DNA of 64,000 nt from the human T2T-CHM13v2.0 reference genome, Homo sapiens: assembly GCF_009914755.1 (NCBI RefSeq), contig NC_060925.1; one strand, written 5' to 3'. The position numbers were made by a program, and so were the translations under genes. Below the pieces are notes generated by a model. That model worked only from the letters and a program-made list of their open reading frames with translations. It was not told where the DNA came from and ran no database searches. This document shows positions 1 through 16,169 of this stretch, piece after piece (position 1 is the stretch's first letter; each line of letters opens with the position of its first letter).

Positions 1-41
1 CAAAGTGCTGGGATTACAGGCGTGAGCCACAGCGCCCGGCC
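1..41 (-). mobile_element. Alu 5' end (cut by window edge)
   Basis: caaagtgctgggattacaggcgtgagccac...cccggcc is the reverse complement of the Alu left-arm start. Confidence 0.9.
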
Positions 42-343
42 AAGGTTAACTTTTAGAAAACTAATAGTAATGAAAATGGTTTCTGTCTGAGAGCAAGACC
101 AAGGATAGCAATATAAGTAAAATTTGTCAAGAGACACAACCGATTTATCTCCGGCAAAGAAAAGATAACCCCGGAGTAGAAATCCCAACTTCCATTATCA
201 CAGTTTATTACTCAGGATATTAACCCAACTTTAATCTGTTAGCAACCTCTTTTCAGCCTTCATTTGGCTGAATTATTATTTTAAAAGTCTCTCGAAATTC
301 TCCTTTTAATTAGTTGTAACATTGGTAACATTGTATAGGTCAT

Positions 344-1000
344 TGACAAAGACCTTCCTTGACCAAACTTCAGTCAGGCGCCTCTGATTCCTGTTTTTGA
401 TTAGGCCTCTACCTTGGCCCCTATCCTGTCTTTGGCCTGTAAAGCCTAGTCTTAGCAAACAGTCCTGCTAAGTCAGTTTAGTGTGAATTCCCCCAGCCTT
501 GATATTGATCAAGTTACTCATTCCTCACCTTTGAATTTCTCACCTTTGGTGTCCAAGTCTTTGGCCTCCAGTAAGTAGAATCTTTTAAGGCCTGTTTAGT
601 ATGTAACCCCTACTCCTATTAGTAATTTTTCCTGCCTCCCTTCCTTCCTTCTTTCCTTCTCCCTTACCCTTAATGTCTCCTATTAGTAATTTTCTTTCTT
701 TGAAAGGCGAGCTTCATCATAGCTCACTGAAGCCTCAAACTCCTGGGCAGAAGCGATCCTCCTGACTAGGCCTCCCAAAGCACTGGGATTACAGGCCTGA
801 GCTGCCCCACTTGGCCCATTTTCTTAGTAATTTTCCATCCACTGATCCCCCCCACCCCCCACACTCTGCTCCTTGGCTTTAAATTTCTAGTTGTCTTTGT
901 TGATTTGGAGTTGCGCCCAGTCTCTCACCCCTATTGTAATAGTTTGAATAAAATTCTCCCTTGCTGTTTGAACAAGTATCAGAATAATTTTCTCTTTAAA
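344..1000 (+). mobile_element. Solo LTR, MER31-like (ERV1), interrupted by an antisense Alu monomer (~695-815)
   Basis: Begins TGACAAAGACC...CTTGACCAAACTTCAGTCAGG, AATAAA near 948; family assigned from recalled consensus. Confidence 0.6.
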
Positions 1001-1068
1001 GTTATTATCTTTCATCATTAGTTAATTGAATAAAATCTTGACACGTGGATTTTATATTTGTATGACAT

Positions 1069-1378
<310 letters not shown>

Positions 1379-2351
1379 TGCATGACATATATTTTAGTTT
1401 TTGAAAAATATTTTAGCAAAAGTCACTTTAGTGAGGCCTTACTTAACTGCACAGTCTAAAAATAGAACTTCTCCACCACTTCATTGCTTTTGGTTTTTCC
1501 TCACACTCTGTACATGTGATTGTGCTGGTCATCTCCTTCACTAGCAAATCAGCTCACCAAGTTGGGGCTTTGTCTATTTACCGTTGTGTTCCCAGTGGAC
1601 ACTCGATGTTAAGATTCAACGAATGAATGCCTGGACGAGTGGTATCTGGGCTCACAGGTAACCTCACAGCCCACCGGGAGGACACTGCCAGAGCTGCTCT
1701 GCACTGCGAGTCCCGGGCCTTCCCATTGGACGCTAAGGCACTCGTTAACTGCTGTGTAAACGCAGCCTGACTTCCCTCACCTCAGGCGAGGCCCGCATCA
1801 GGCCCCTCTGACCTAGGACCTCCCGATCCGGCCGTTATCGCCAACCGTATCTGTGTGGTTTCGTGGAGGAAGCGCGGTGGACCTTGAGGGGAGGGTACGC
1901 GCAGGCACAATAAAGCAGAAAGCCGCTATAATAATGATGATAATGAAGAAAAACAAAAGCATCCATTCGTCACTTAGTGGCAAGCGTTTTTCCAACTACT
2001 TTCCGAGTAGTAACTGCTTGCCAGAGTTTCCCCAGCTTGGGCCGGAAGGTGAGGCGGTAGCTCGAGCTTTGCCTTTCTCAGGCATTGTCCTGCGTTTGCG
2101 GGGCCAGGCGCTGGCACACGGTCACTAACCCCTGGTCGTTAGCTTCGATTCCCGGCCTGGGAGAGCGCTATCGGCCACTCCTGGCTGCATTGCAGTCGCG
2201 GCTTTCTCCAGAGCTCCGCCGGGAACGGGAAGCGCTGAAACGTCGCGACCAGTCAGTAGGGTTCCCACGGCCGCAACTCGGGTGTGACGCGGCAGGCTGG
2301 CACCAGCGGACACAAGTATGAGGCTAAGTGAGAAGCGCTCTGCTTCCGAGT

Positions 2352-2457
2352 GTCAGGATGGCCGAGTGGTCTAAGGCGCCAGACTCAAGGTAAGCACCTT
2401 GCCTGCGGGCTTTCTGGTCTCCGGATGGAGGCGTGGGTTCGAATCCCACTTCTGACA
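2352..2457 (+). tRNA. TRL-CAA4-1: tRNA-Leu(CAA) with 22-nt intron (2390..2411)
   Basis: GTCAGGATGGCCGAGTGGTCTAAGGCGCCAGACT-CAA-G, intron one base 3' of the anticodon (2386-2388), TTCTGG plus long variable arm, GGTTCGAATCC B box, TTCTGACA; TTTT terminator at 2464-2467. Locus number is from memory. Confidence 0.97.
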
Positions 2458-2744
2458 CATTCGTTTTATTAGCATTTTATTCCCCGGAAGAAACCCCAGA
2501 ATTTTCCCGGAGTCCGTTGGTATTTTATTGTCTTCTCCAGGAAGAAGGTTACAACTAGACTACTCATCTTTGCTGCCCGGTTTTCCCTGTCTGCCGCAGC
2601 AAGGGGGCTACCTACCAAGGGGAGGGAAGCAGTCTGCATATTCCCAAATGTTGCGAGAAAACCGCATCCAATCATGTTTCTATAGGAGATACGTCACAGG
2701 ATATTTATTTAGTATAGCATATTGCTAAATGACGCATCATGTCT

Positions 2745-2816
2745 TCCCTGGTGGTCTAGTGGTTAGGATTCGGCGCTCTCACCGCCGCGGCCCGGGTTCG
2801 ATTCCCGGTCAGGGAA
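2745..2816 (+). tRNA. TRE-CTC2-1: tRNA-Glu(CTC)
   Basis: Canonical 72-nt TCCCTGGTGGTCTAGTGGTTAGGATTCGGCGCT-CTC-ACCGCCGCGGCCCGGGTTCGATTCCCGGTCAGGGAA; TTTT terminator at 2825-2828. Locus number is from memory. Confidence 0.98.
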
Positions 2817-3355
2817 GTAAGCCGTTTTAAAAACTGTTGCCGCAGGGCTAACCATAGGTGATGTTCCCAGAGTCAGCTATGACTTGACTTCTAAACAAAG
2901 GGCAAAACGCACCTGGTGTCCTCATTTTGCAGAGTAGTTACCTGAAATGGACTCTACTGCAGTTTATGCGCGCCGTATATGTAGTCAGTGTCTTTACTCA
3001 TGATATCTTAAGAACGGAGAAAAAATGCCAGCAGCACAAAATGATCCAAAAAGATAGCTCTGGGTATGCCAAAAATGGCTGGTCTTAAAATTATGTCACA
3101 GATTTCAAAAAGTCTCCCTAGGTGTCCAAAGGCCATTAGAATGGCACCTGTTGCCTAGAGGGGCGGGTCAGGGCCGGTCCTAGCTCCTTAACGACGCTTG
3201 AGTAATTGTCGCTATGGAAAGAGATCAGGTACTTCTCCCTCACCCCAGCATCTATCTTTTCATTTTTTAAATAAGTAGAGATAATTGAAATAATGCCACA
3301 ACCAACCCTGGTTTCTCTTTACCTGCAATCAACACTGGTTAATATTTTGTCACAT

Positions 3356-3400
3356 TCTCTCTCTCTCTCTCTCTTCCAAGGTAGATAGATAGGTAGATAG

Positions 3401-3455
<55 letters not shown>

Positions 3456-3470
3456 CAAATAGATAGAGAT
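3356..3470. repeat. (CT)n plus (GATA)n microsatellite
   Basis: Seen directly. Confidence 0.95.
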
Positions 3471-3512
3471 AGGTATACCTTCCCTATTCCACTTGAAAGT
3501 TGAGATCTGTAT

Positions 3513-3896
<384 letters not shown>

Positions 3897-4495
3897 TTAC
3901 TCCATGTCACACCTAAGAAAATTGACATTAACATGCTGTCATATGCTAGTCTACATTCGAATTTTCCCCAATTGGCCTTAAAATGTCTTTTACAGCTGCT
4001 TTTAGTTTTTATTCTAAGTTTTTTATTGCCCATTTTTTAAATTTGGGAAGCCTGTGAAAAATATTTTAATAATTAAAAACTCCTAAACCACATTTAAGTT
4101 CTATCTTCTTAACATTTTGTAATATTATGAGCCTATGCACCTAATTTGTTATGGTTTTCCAAAGTTTTATTTCTCTCTGGGTATCTTTTTCAGATCTCCA
4201 GGCCAAGGCTGTGTTATCATACACTCTACACGATCAGACGGAACCAGGTCCATGCACGTTTGTGTTTTCCACAATGTTTAAAACAAATAGGCCTGTTTTA
4301 ACTTCCTGAATTTCTGCTTCTTGTACTGCTGAAATGACTAGTTTGAAATAATTCAAATTGCTACAAATATTTATAGAAATTTTCTTAAATAATATTTATC
4401 TAGTGGTGGTAAGTTTGGTAAAATGGGCTGTTTGTCACATCCTTGTTCCTAGAACTGTACACATTCTGCTTGAATATGTGTGACTTTAAACTGTT

Positions 4496-4804
<309 letters not shown>

Positions 4805-5828
4805 TAAACTGTTCTTTTATCAAAAACATTTTGACTGTCCTAGGTGTTGATTTGTAAACGAATCTTCATAGGTTAATTAGAACAGGTTCTCAATACTTTA
4901 GGTGGAGGGTTTGCTATTCTTTTGGTCCACTGTGGTTTCCAGTGTTGTGTTCTTAAGCAACGTATCTTATTCCAGCGTCCTGTCAATTATGCAAGGTCCA
5001 GGGTCCCAGTGTTTAACCTTGCATTTTGTAAAAGAGATGTCTCTAGCTATAAATATAGGTAAGTGGAAACTAGTCTTGTTATATTTTGGTAAATAGGCAG
5101 TTGAGCTGACCATGTAACCTTATTCCATGACCCACTGGATGGTTGGGTCATGGAGAAAAACTAATTTGACATACCTGGGTCTGTTTTTGTGACTTTATCC
5201 GTATTTATTTTAGTTCCTAGTGTTTCCCACCAGTCAATTGATTTAAATTGTATGGTGTCTCTACATCTCTGAAATAAAAGTTTGGATCATTCTGAATTTC
5301 CACTGGGCACATTGGAAAAACAACTTGATTTTGTTCATATTTGGGTTTTCTAGTAAAGTTTTCTAATATAGTCATGTTTTTTGGTTCTCTTTATGTAAAT
5401 AATGTGCTAATAATCTCTGTCATTTTGTATGTGATTGTAAATGGTCCAAATACTGGGGTGAGTTAGATTGTAGCAGATTATAGGTCTGTAGTCTGTGAGT
5501 ACATGTGAATATTAATTGTCCCCAAAAATCACATGTAATATTCACATGTACAAACAAAAGTTTTGTTGTAATTCATTAAAACAATATTTGTATCCAGCGG
5601 TGTCCAGGACCACCATGAGTTCCTGGAAGATGTTGACCCCAGCAAACAATAAATTTAGTAGGAATTTTGTATGTTGTTGTAGCTGCTGTGATGATTAGGA
5701 ATTGGTGTGGTTTTCATGGTTGTGTCCAAAATGAGCCTGTTTTAGTTTCTGTTACACGCCATCATAGAGTGAAGTTTCCAGTTATGATGACATATCTGTC
5801 TATGTTTTCTAGAAACTCTTTGCCTAAA

Positions 5829-6230
5829 TGTGGTTTGTATATATTGTAGCCAAGCTTGCCGTGGCTCACTGCAGCCTTGACCTCTGAGGCTCAAGTGATC
5901 CTCACACTTCAGCCTCACCAGCGGCTGGGACTACAAGCATGCACACAAATTTATTTAATATGTATACACAGGTGCATTCAGAATAAAGACCCAGCCTCCC
6001 AATGCCGTACAGAAGCTTATAGGCCATCTTGAGGTTACAGAAATAATGGGGGCTTGGATCCTGGTAAAACAGGTTATGGGAGGGGGAGAAGAAGAATTCT
6101 ATTTAAGGGGCAATAAATGATTACTAGGGAGAATGATTGGATCAGATAACAGAAATTAACTTGGAAATAGTTCTCTTTGGAATTTAAATAATCCTTGGAT
6201 GCAGTCATTATCTTGAGAAAGGGTGTGTTA
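5829..6230 (-). mobile_element. Alu fragment joined to an LTR fragment (MER67-like), inserted in the ERV
   Basis: Alu-like 5829-5945, followed by LTR-like sequence whose composition differs from the ERV. Confidence 0.5.
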
Positions 6231-6634
6231 CTATGATGGCTAATAGAAGGTGAATGAGAAAGGTGATAAGACCAGTTGAGAAACTACACAAATTTGTAGC
6301 CATGTTGTCTCAAGTGAATAAAGTATTTAATTATTCTGCTGATGGCTAGAAGTGATGTTGAGGTTAAAAATATGGGGTTAGTGGCAAGTAAAATTGGATT
6401 GAAGTACACTTTCCATTAATTTTATGGAGAATATTAATGCAATGACTAAAAGAAACAGTGTAGCACCAATATTGCAGAAAGTGTTGTAACAAACCTAGGT
6501 CTAGTGAGAATTTGGAGAAAGGCTGGAGATTGGGGTAATTGTAACTTTCCTCTTTTTTTCTCTAGTCCAGTAAGTATTTCTGTGTCCATTGGCCACGATG
6601 TTCTGTTGGGAGATCATGTTGTCATTTAGTTTAG

Positions 6635-6970
<336 letters not shown>

Positions 6971-7889
6971 TTCCACATCCTTTATGACCATAAAGGCAGT
7001 TGATTAAGGTAAGAGTGGGGGTTGCTCTTATAAAGACTTTCTCTCTTATTTAAATTAAAACACCCCAGGTTAAGAGCTTGTTGGAATGTGCTCGTTTTGT
7101 CTAAGGTTTTAAGTTCTCTTTTCGGTAGTCCATTTAATCTCTCCTTATATTCTGCTGCACTGGGATTATAAGGTATGCAGAAATTCCATTGTATAACCCA
7201 TTTATCTGCTAATGCTTCTGTAGTCTTTGATGTAAAATTAGTTTCCTGGTTACTTTCAATTATTTTAGAAGCTCCATAGTACACTGCCCAATTTTCTATG
7301 GCTAAGATGGTGTATTTGGCAAATGGGTGGCTCGCCGCTATTGCTATGCCAGTCTCTGTATATGTATCCACTGTTGTTATGGCATATTTTTGTTGGTTGG
7401 AGTGATTTAATGGTCCTATAAAATCTATCTGTAGGCAGAAGTTAAAGGTGTTGGGTTTGTGTGTATCTATGCTTTAGTGTATCCATATTTCTCCAGGTTA
7501 GTTTTACATTGCTCACAATTAGCTATATGCCTTTTAAATTTGATGTCGTTACCTTTTGATTTGTCTTAACAGCCACCTGAACAGTGAGTGTGTGCCTAAA
7601 TGTCCTTTCTGCTTATGTAATTATAAGAATGTTTGTAGAGCGTAAGCTGCTCACAGCGCCTGTTTAATTTTAAATTCATCTTGCTGTTTTATTATGGCTA
7701 CTGGGGGTACTTGGGGTATCTCCCATTCATAGTCTGATTTTCTTCTGAGTTGTAGAGGTGGCGATGAATGTCTTCATGAGTTGTGCGGATTTCTGTGTAG
7801 CTTTAATTTGGGTACATTTTGTGTGTCAATTGTTATGTTCCCTGTTAATTCATCTAATTATCTATTAAATTGGTGGCCTTTGAATGATC

Positions 7890-8196
<307 letters not shown>

Positions 8197-9470
8197 AAGT
8201 TATCTTTTTGGTATGCTGATATGTGTCATAAATATCTTAATTCTGTTTGATGATTTATATAGTTCCTCTCAGTAAGATTCGGACCATATGTCATTGTCAT
8301 TAATTTTAAAATTATTTTGTTTCCATTTGTGTGATTATGGGGCTATGTTGTTGTGACTGCTCATGAATTTGTAAATATATACACATATATATATTCTTTT
8401 GATTTTCTGATACTGAGTGTCCAAATGCTCTAACAACTGCAATCAGTTCTGCATGCTGTGGAGAGAGCAATTCATTTGACTCCTTCAGGATTATATGGTC
8501 CTGGAGTCTGAGTGCTTCTGCTGTTCAATGGGTCTGGCCTTTGGGTCATGGAAGCTGATCCTTCCATAAACCAGGTGTTTGGCAAGACATTAAACGAGAC
8601 CAGGACCCATTTTCCTATATTGTCACAGATTTTTCTTGTCTTCAGAATACATTCTGGCAAGTCTATTTTTGTCTTGTGAATCTGCTCCATGAGAAGACCT
8701 GATTGACCCTCAAAGCTGTTGTCTCCACCCTGGATGTATCCATTCCATGTGAGCAGTTTTGGACCAATTTGGATACCTGTCAGTTTTCCAGGACTCAATT
8801 TTATCCAGTGAAGAAAAGGCATATGACATTTTTTGTAATGTTGTTGTTGCCAGTCAGATGCTTAGTGGTTAGGGCTTCATGTATAAGCCGTATGTATTTT
8901 TGAATGGGCTGTATTTGTTGTTCGAGTATGGGAATTTTGTTATCTGAAATCCAACCAGTAGGAAAGATTTAGAATCTAGTTTCTATGTCCATAATGATCA
9001 TGTTCTATATTCATCACTCATCAGAACTTTCAACCCAAGTTGTGAATCTGAAGATGGGTAATGCAGTGATTGAAATGTGCTAATGTAGTCTTTGAGTGTT
9101 TCAAGTTCTTGTCCATATGTGAAGTCTTGGGATTTTCTAGATATATTGGTTCCAAGATGATGTTTAAGTAAGGTGTATGCTGTCTCCAATATCCAGATAA
9201 AACTGTTAGTCTTTGTTCCTCCTGTTTGTTTTTGTCAGCTTAAGGGCTTTTATTTTATCTATTACTGTGGTTGAGATTTTTCTCCCTTCTGATGACCATC
9301 GGACTCCTAAAAATTTGCAGTTGGTGTCTGGGCTTGTGTTTTTATCTATATTAATAGTCTATCCCAATAATCTTAAATGTGTTATTAATTGGGATTTTTT
9401 CCTGTTTAATTTGTTCCCTAGTCATTATTTAGCATTATGATGTTATCTCTGTATAATATTATTAGTGACT

Positions 9471-9866
9471 TGTAGCATGATGTGTCTCCCACCAGGTTAC
9501 TTAAGGGTATGCATCTGCTGCCTGAACCCTGAGACTGAGCAGTGAGCCAAAGCCATGGTGCCCAGCCTAGGAGCAGGGGTCCCTGAGAGCCCAAACATCC
9601 CGTGGAGTATCTGAGAACCTTCCGAGAAAAACAGTCTCATTGCTTAAACACAGTAGGCAAAGAGCCAGAAAATTAGCTTAAGCAGTTTAGAAATGAGAGG
9701 TGGTGTGGATCTCTAGAGCTATCCTACCACCATCCAGGAGTCCCTGTATGTAAGTCCAAATACATTCATTTACTTCTCAAGCTGGACTTGTCCAAGTCAT
9801 TCTTTGGTTCTTGGTTTCTTTCCAGTTTGGGGGATGCACATCACGGTCCCAAGTTTTTCTTGTTAT
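9471..9866 (+). mobile_element. Solo LTR (ERVL-class, family uncertain) splitting the ERV RT just before the YxDD motif
   Basis: TG start, GC-richer than the flanks; RT homology stops at ~9867 and resumes at ~9470. Confidence 0.7.
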
Positions 9867-10546
9867 AGATGTATATTTTGATTGGTCTATGTGTGATGAC
9901 AAAATGGAATGAACTATTACTGAACTATTTAGATATCCCTGTGGTAATGTTTTGAATTGGTATTGTTTACCTTCCCATGTAAAGTTGGTATATTCCTGGC
10001 TTGCTTTATTTATTGGTTTGGCAAAGAACACATCTGACATGTCTATGATTGTATAGTATTTGTCATTATGATTAATGATCTTATTAACTAGCTCTTCTAC
10101 ATCTGGTAATGCTCTTGGCATTTTAGTTGAGACTTTATTTAAATTTCTATAGTCAATAGTTAATCTATAGCTCCTGTTTGTTTTTAAGACAGGCCATACT
10201 GAACTATTAAAGTTATTTGAAATGACAATTGTAATAATATCTTCCTTGAGGAGTTCTACAATCTTTGCTGTTATTTCTTTAAGTCCTTCCTTTAATGAGT
10301 ACTGTTTGGTGCATGTAACCTGCTGTGGTGTAGACAGTGTTATGGACTTCATTTTAATTTGAACTAGGTTAGAAAATTTTAGTTCCTCTAGTTTCCTTTA
10401 ATATAAGTTAAAAAGATTTGGAATAAAATTCATTCCTGTAATGTCTTATAATTTGGGTGAGCAGTAAAAAGTGCATAGAGCAGTATAGAAGCAGAGGCAA
10501 GAAAGCTTCAAGTTTATTTACCTCTGAGTCCTTCTGTATGAATGTT

Positions 10547-11420
10547 TATTGTGGGATCTGGCCAGCAGCCCGCAATGCAATGGGGCTCTCTCTTTGTTCC
10601 CAGGCAGATCGGCAGGTTGAGAAATAATAGACACACACAAGATAGTGAAAGCTGGGTCCAGGGGGGTCACCGCCTTCTGGTCCCACGGAGCCAAAAATGC
10701 ACGGGATATACCAGCATTTATTATTAAGTTTAGTGAGGGCAGGGGTAGGTTAGTGAGGGATTTAGGGTCATTTGATTATGAGGTTAGATGGTCACATGGG
10801 GATGAAGTAATTCTTTAACATAACATCTGTATGCAGAAGTACAGTATACAGAGATAAGAATTTACAATATAGTGTGTGCATCAGTAATTTCTAACAGAGC
10901 CTTAAAACAGAAACACAGTATTTCCATTACCTATGATTAGCAAGATATTAATCAGCAGTAACAGTTGCAGGAAAAGCTGGTTACAAACAATCCATAGAAA
11001 CAGGACATGAAGCTAGACAATCGGTTAGACCAGAAATTCTCAGAAGGGAGTATGCCTTAACCCTAAAGAGGCCTAGAAGAGCCGTGGCAAGATGAGGGCG
11101 TTTATAGCCCTATCTTATCCATATGGACAGGCGCCCCTCATGTGTCTGTTTATAGGCTCTCCACAAGGGTTGCATTCCATTCCCAGAGCTATGAACATCT
11201 GTTTTCCTGGGATAGGAATCTTAGTGATGTGAAACCTCCCTGACCGCACGTCCATTCATAGGCTCTCTGCAGGGGGAAGCACATCATGCACTGTTGGCTC
11301 GTTCTGGCAGTCCAACCTGGCATTGTCTTTACACAATCCTGCATGCAATTTTGTATTTACAATAATCAGGAGCATTTCATCTTTTATTCCGTAGCAATAG
11401 TTTCAGGGGGTCTCCCTACA
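10547..11420 (-). mobile_element. Solo LTR, MER11D-like (HERV-K group)
   Basis: Minus strand starts TGTAGGGAGACCCCCTGAAACTATTGCTACGG; 6-bp TSD aatgtt (10541-10546 / 11421-11426). Confidence 0.82.
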
Positions 11421-11603
11421 AATGTTTATGTCAGAATGTGGTGCATTATATTTTAGAAAGCTTACTTGTGATCCAGAGCCTTAAAAAAATGGTATGTATG
11501 TATATATTTGTCAATTTGTATATAGCTAATTGTTCATATGGTCTGTTATCCCCAGGTTTGAGTGTTATAGCCTGCACCTGGAGGGTTTCTAGTTTTTAAA
11601 GAA

Positions 11604-12665
<1,062 letters not shown>

Positions 12666-12690
12666 TAAGACACAAAATTTGAGTTAAGCT

Positions 12691-13959
<1,269 letters not shown>

Positions 13960-15559
13960 TTTGTTACATCAGGAATAGAAAATTAATATAGTACCCAACA
14001 GAGCCACAATTATTTTAATTTCAAAACCCAGTCTTGGTTCAGAAGCTAGACCTCCTTTGAATTAGACATGGGACTAATGAATGCACCCTCCAACCAACTC
14101 TATCCCACTTAAAGATAGTGAGGGTAGGGACCCCAGGAGAAACAGTGCTTGATGAAGACTATCTTAACAGTTCTATAACCCCCACACTCATCCTGTTCTT
14201 TATATATTTGAAGCTGACCATAAGAGAGGAATCACGGACCAGTTCCCTGGCCATTTCCTTCCTAAATTCTGCATTGAGAGATCTGTAATATCTGATGTAT
14301 CTAAATTGGCAATTCAAAGTAAAGCAGAGATGCATTTGAATAACCTGCTACACATGCAAATAGTTGCTAAATAAACACATGCAGGCCTTGAGATGGAACT
14401 ATGTATCACATTTTCACATCTGCCATTAGAACATAATGTCTTCCTTCTACAAAGTGAACTTTCCTACCCTGTCAGTTTACTCCTCAGTAATTTGTCTTAA
14501 GGTGTTACAAGGATACAAATCATGAATGAAAAAAAAAATAAGAAACGTGTCTTATGATATTTTGTGCAAATAATGGTTACCAAAGAAAGGCCTTGTTGAT
14601 GTTAACTCTGGTTTGCACCAACTTGCCCCATGTCCAAACGAGGAAAGTGATGAAGACAGATCTCTCAGTGGCTGCTACATGCTAGGTTTTTTTCAGGAAG
14701 ATTTACATTTTATTACCATAAAGACAAAAAAATAAAAATAGGAATGTATGAGTTATCAATATCACCAGCCTGATACTTGAGTGTACATTATTCATAGAAA
14801 TATCATTATCTAAATCAGTCTTAGGGTGATCACCTAAATGAGTTCTCACCTCTGGGACTAATTGCTTTCTTGTGCTGAGAAGTGAGGATGACTGTTGATT
14901 TAGTACAAGAGATTAATTACTTTCAGAGCTCCTTCAGAGATCATTTGTACTCCATCTGAAAGATTGATCTGTTTGAATTCAAATTATACCACTGAGATAT
15001 TGAACAAAAAGCAGCTAAAGAGAAGAAAAATATCTTCCTAGACATTGGGATAAAAGGTGGGGGTTGGGGAATCTGATTTTCATGTTGGAGAATTGCATTT
15101 TTGGAGTTTAAACTGCCCAGCTGCCCTTAGACTCATCCTGGACTCTTGCCATTTGCTTCCTCTGCCTGGGGAGACAGCACTTTGTGAATGCATGCTCCAG
15201 CTGTGTGGCCCCAGCCTGGTCTTCTGGGAATGAGGAATGTTGGCAGGAGTTGAGGGATCACCATAATAAGCTCTTATTAACTGGCGTTTCTTGGGATTCT
15301 CTTTGGAGGGTTCAAAAGGAAACTTTAAAAGCATTTACTTCCTGTGATAAAGCAGTCAACAGCAAACCTGTAGTGAAAGGATCACAGGTTTCCAAAGAGC
15401 AAGCTAATTAGAAAATCTCAAGGGGGTAAAACTCTGCAGCATGCCGGTGGTTTGGCTGCCCATTATGATATATATTGTACTCAGGATTACAGGATATATA
15501 ATATTTATGTATGTTTTTATGCATGCATATGTATATGTATTTGTTATACACACATAAGC

Positions 15560-16065
15560 TTACTATTTATTTTGAAAATATTTTAGACTTATAGAAAAGT
15601 TACAAAAATTATAAAAAAATATAGCCTTCACTCAGCTTATCCTAAGGCTAACATTTTACCTGATCATAGTATTGTTTCCAAAACCAGAAAGTTATCACTG
15701 ATACAACGCAATTGACTAAAATACAGGCCTTACTCAAATTTCCCCAGCTTTCTCACTAATGTCTAATCCAGGATCCCAAATTGCATTTGATTGACACATC
15801 TTCTTAATCTCTTTCCATCTCTGATGGTTCCTCAGTCTTTCCTTGTCTTTTTTGACCTGGACGCTTTTTAGGAGTTCTACTCAGTTGTCTTGTTGAATGG
15901 CCCTGAGTTTGAGTTTGTTGGCTGTTTGTTCATTATTAAATAGAGGACATGCATTTGGCAAGAGTGCCACAGAAGTTATATTGTACGCTTCCCAGAGCAT
16001 TATATCAGGAGGCATATAATACCAATCCATCTTGTTAGTAATGATGTTATTCTTAATTAGCAAAA
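15560..16065 (-). mobile_element. Old L1 (L1MC-like) 3' end
   Basis: ttattttgaaaatattttagacttatagaaaagttacaaa and ttcctcagtctttccttgtcttt motifs. Confidence 0.6.
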
Positions 16066-16169
16066 ATGAGTTTTCAGTTAGGAGATGATGGGAGCGAAAC
16101 ACACCAAACCAGTAGAATGCTCCAGTCTGGACAAGAAACTGGCTTGATGGAAGGCAATGGCTTTGTAAA

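Larger units (their letters stand above)
1620..2990. promoter_or_regulatory. CpG-rich island around the tRNA pair
   Basis: Dense CpG dinucleotides compared with AT-rich flanks (visual estimate). Confidence 0.65.

Noticed and set aside
3140-3220. GC box plus RFX-like GTCGCTATGGAAA as a Pol II promoter
   Set aside because: Short motifs only, with no associated exon evident
13990-15460. Apparently non-repeat stretch as a possible pseudogene
   Set aside because: No recognisable peptide or exon structure by eye; needs a database search
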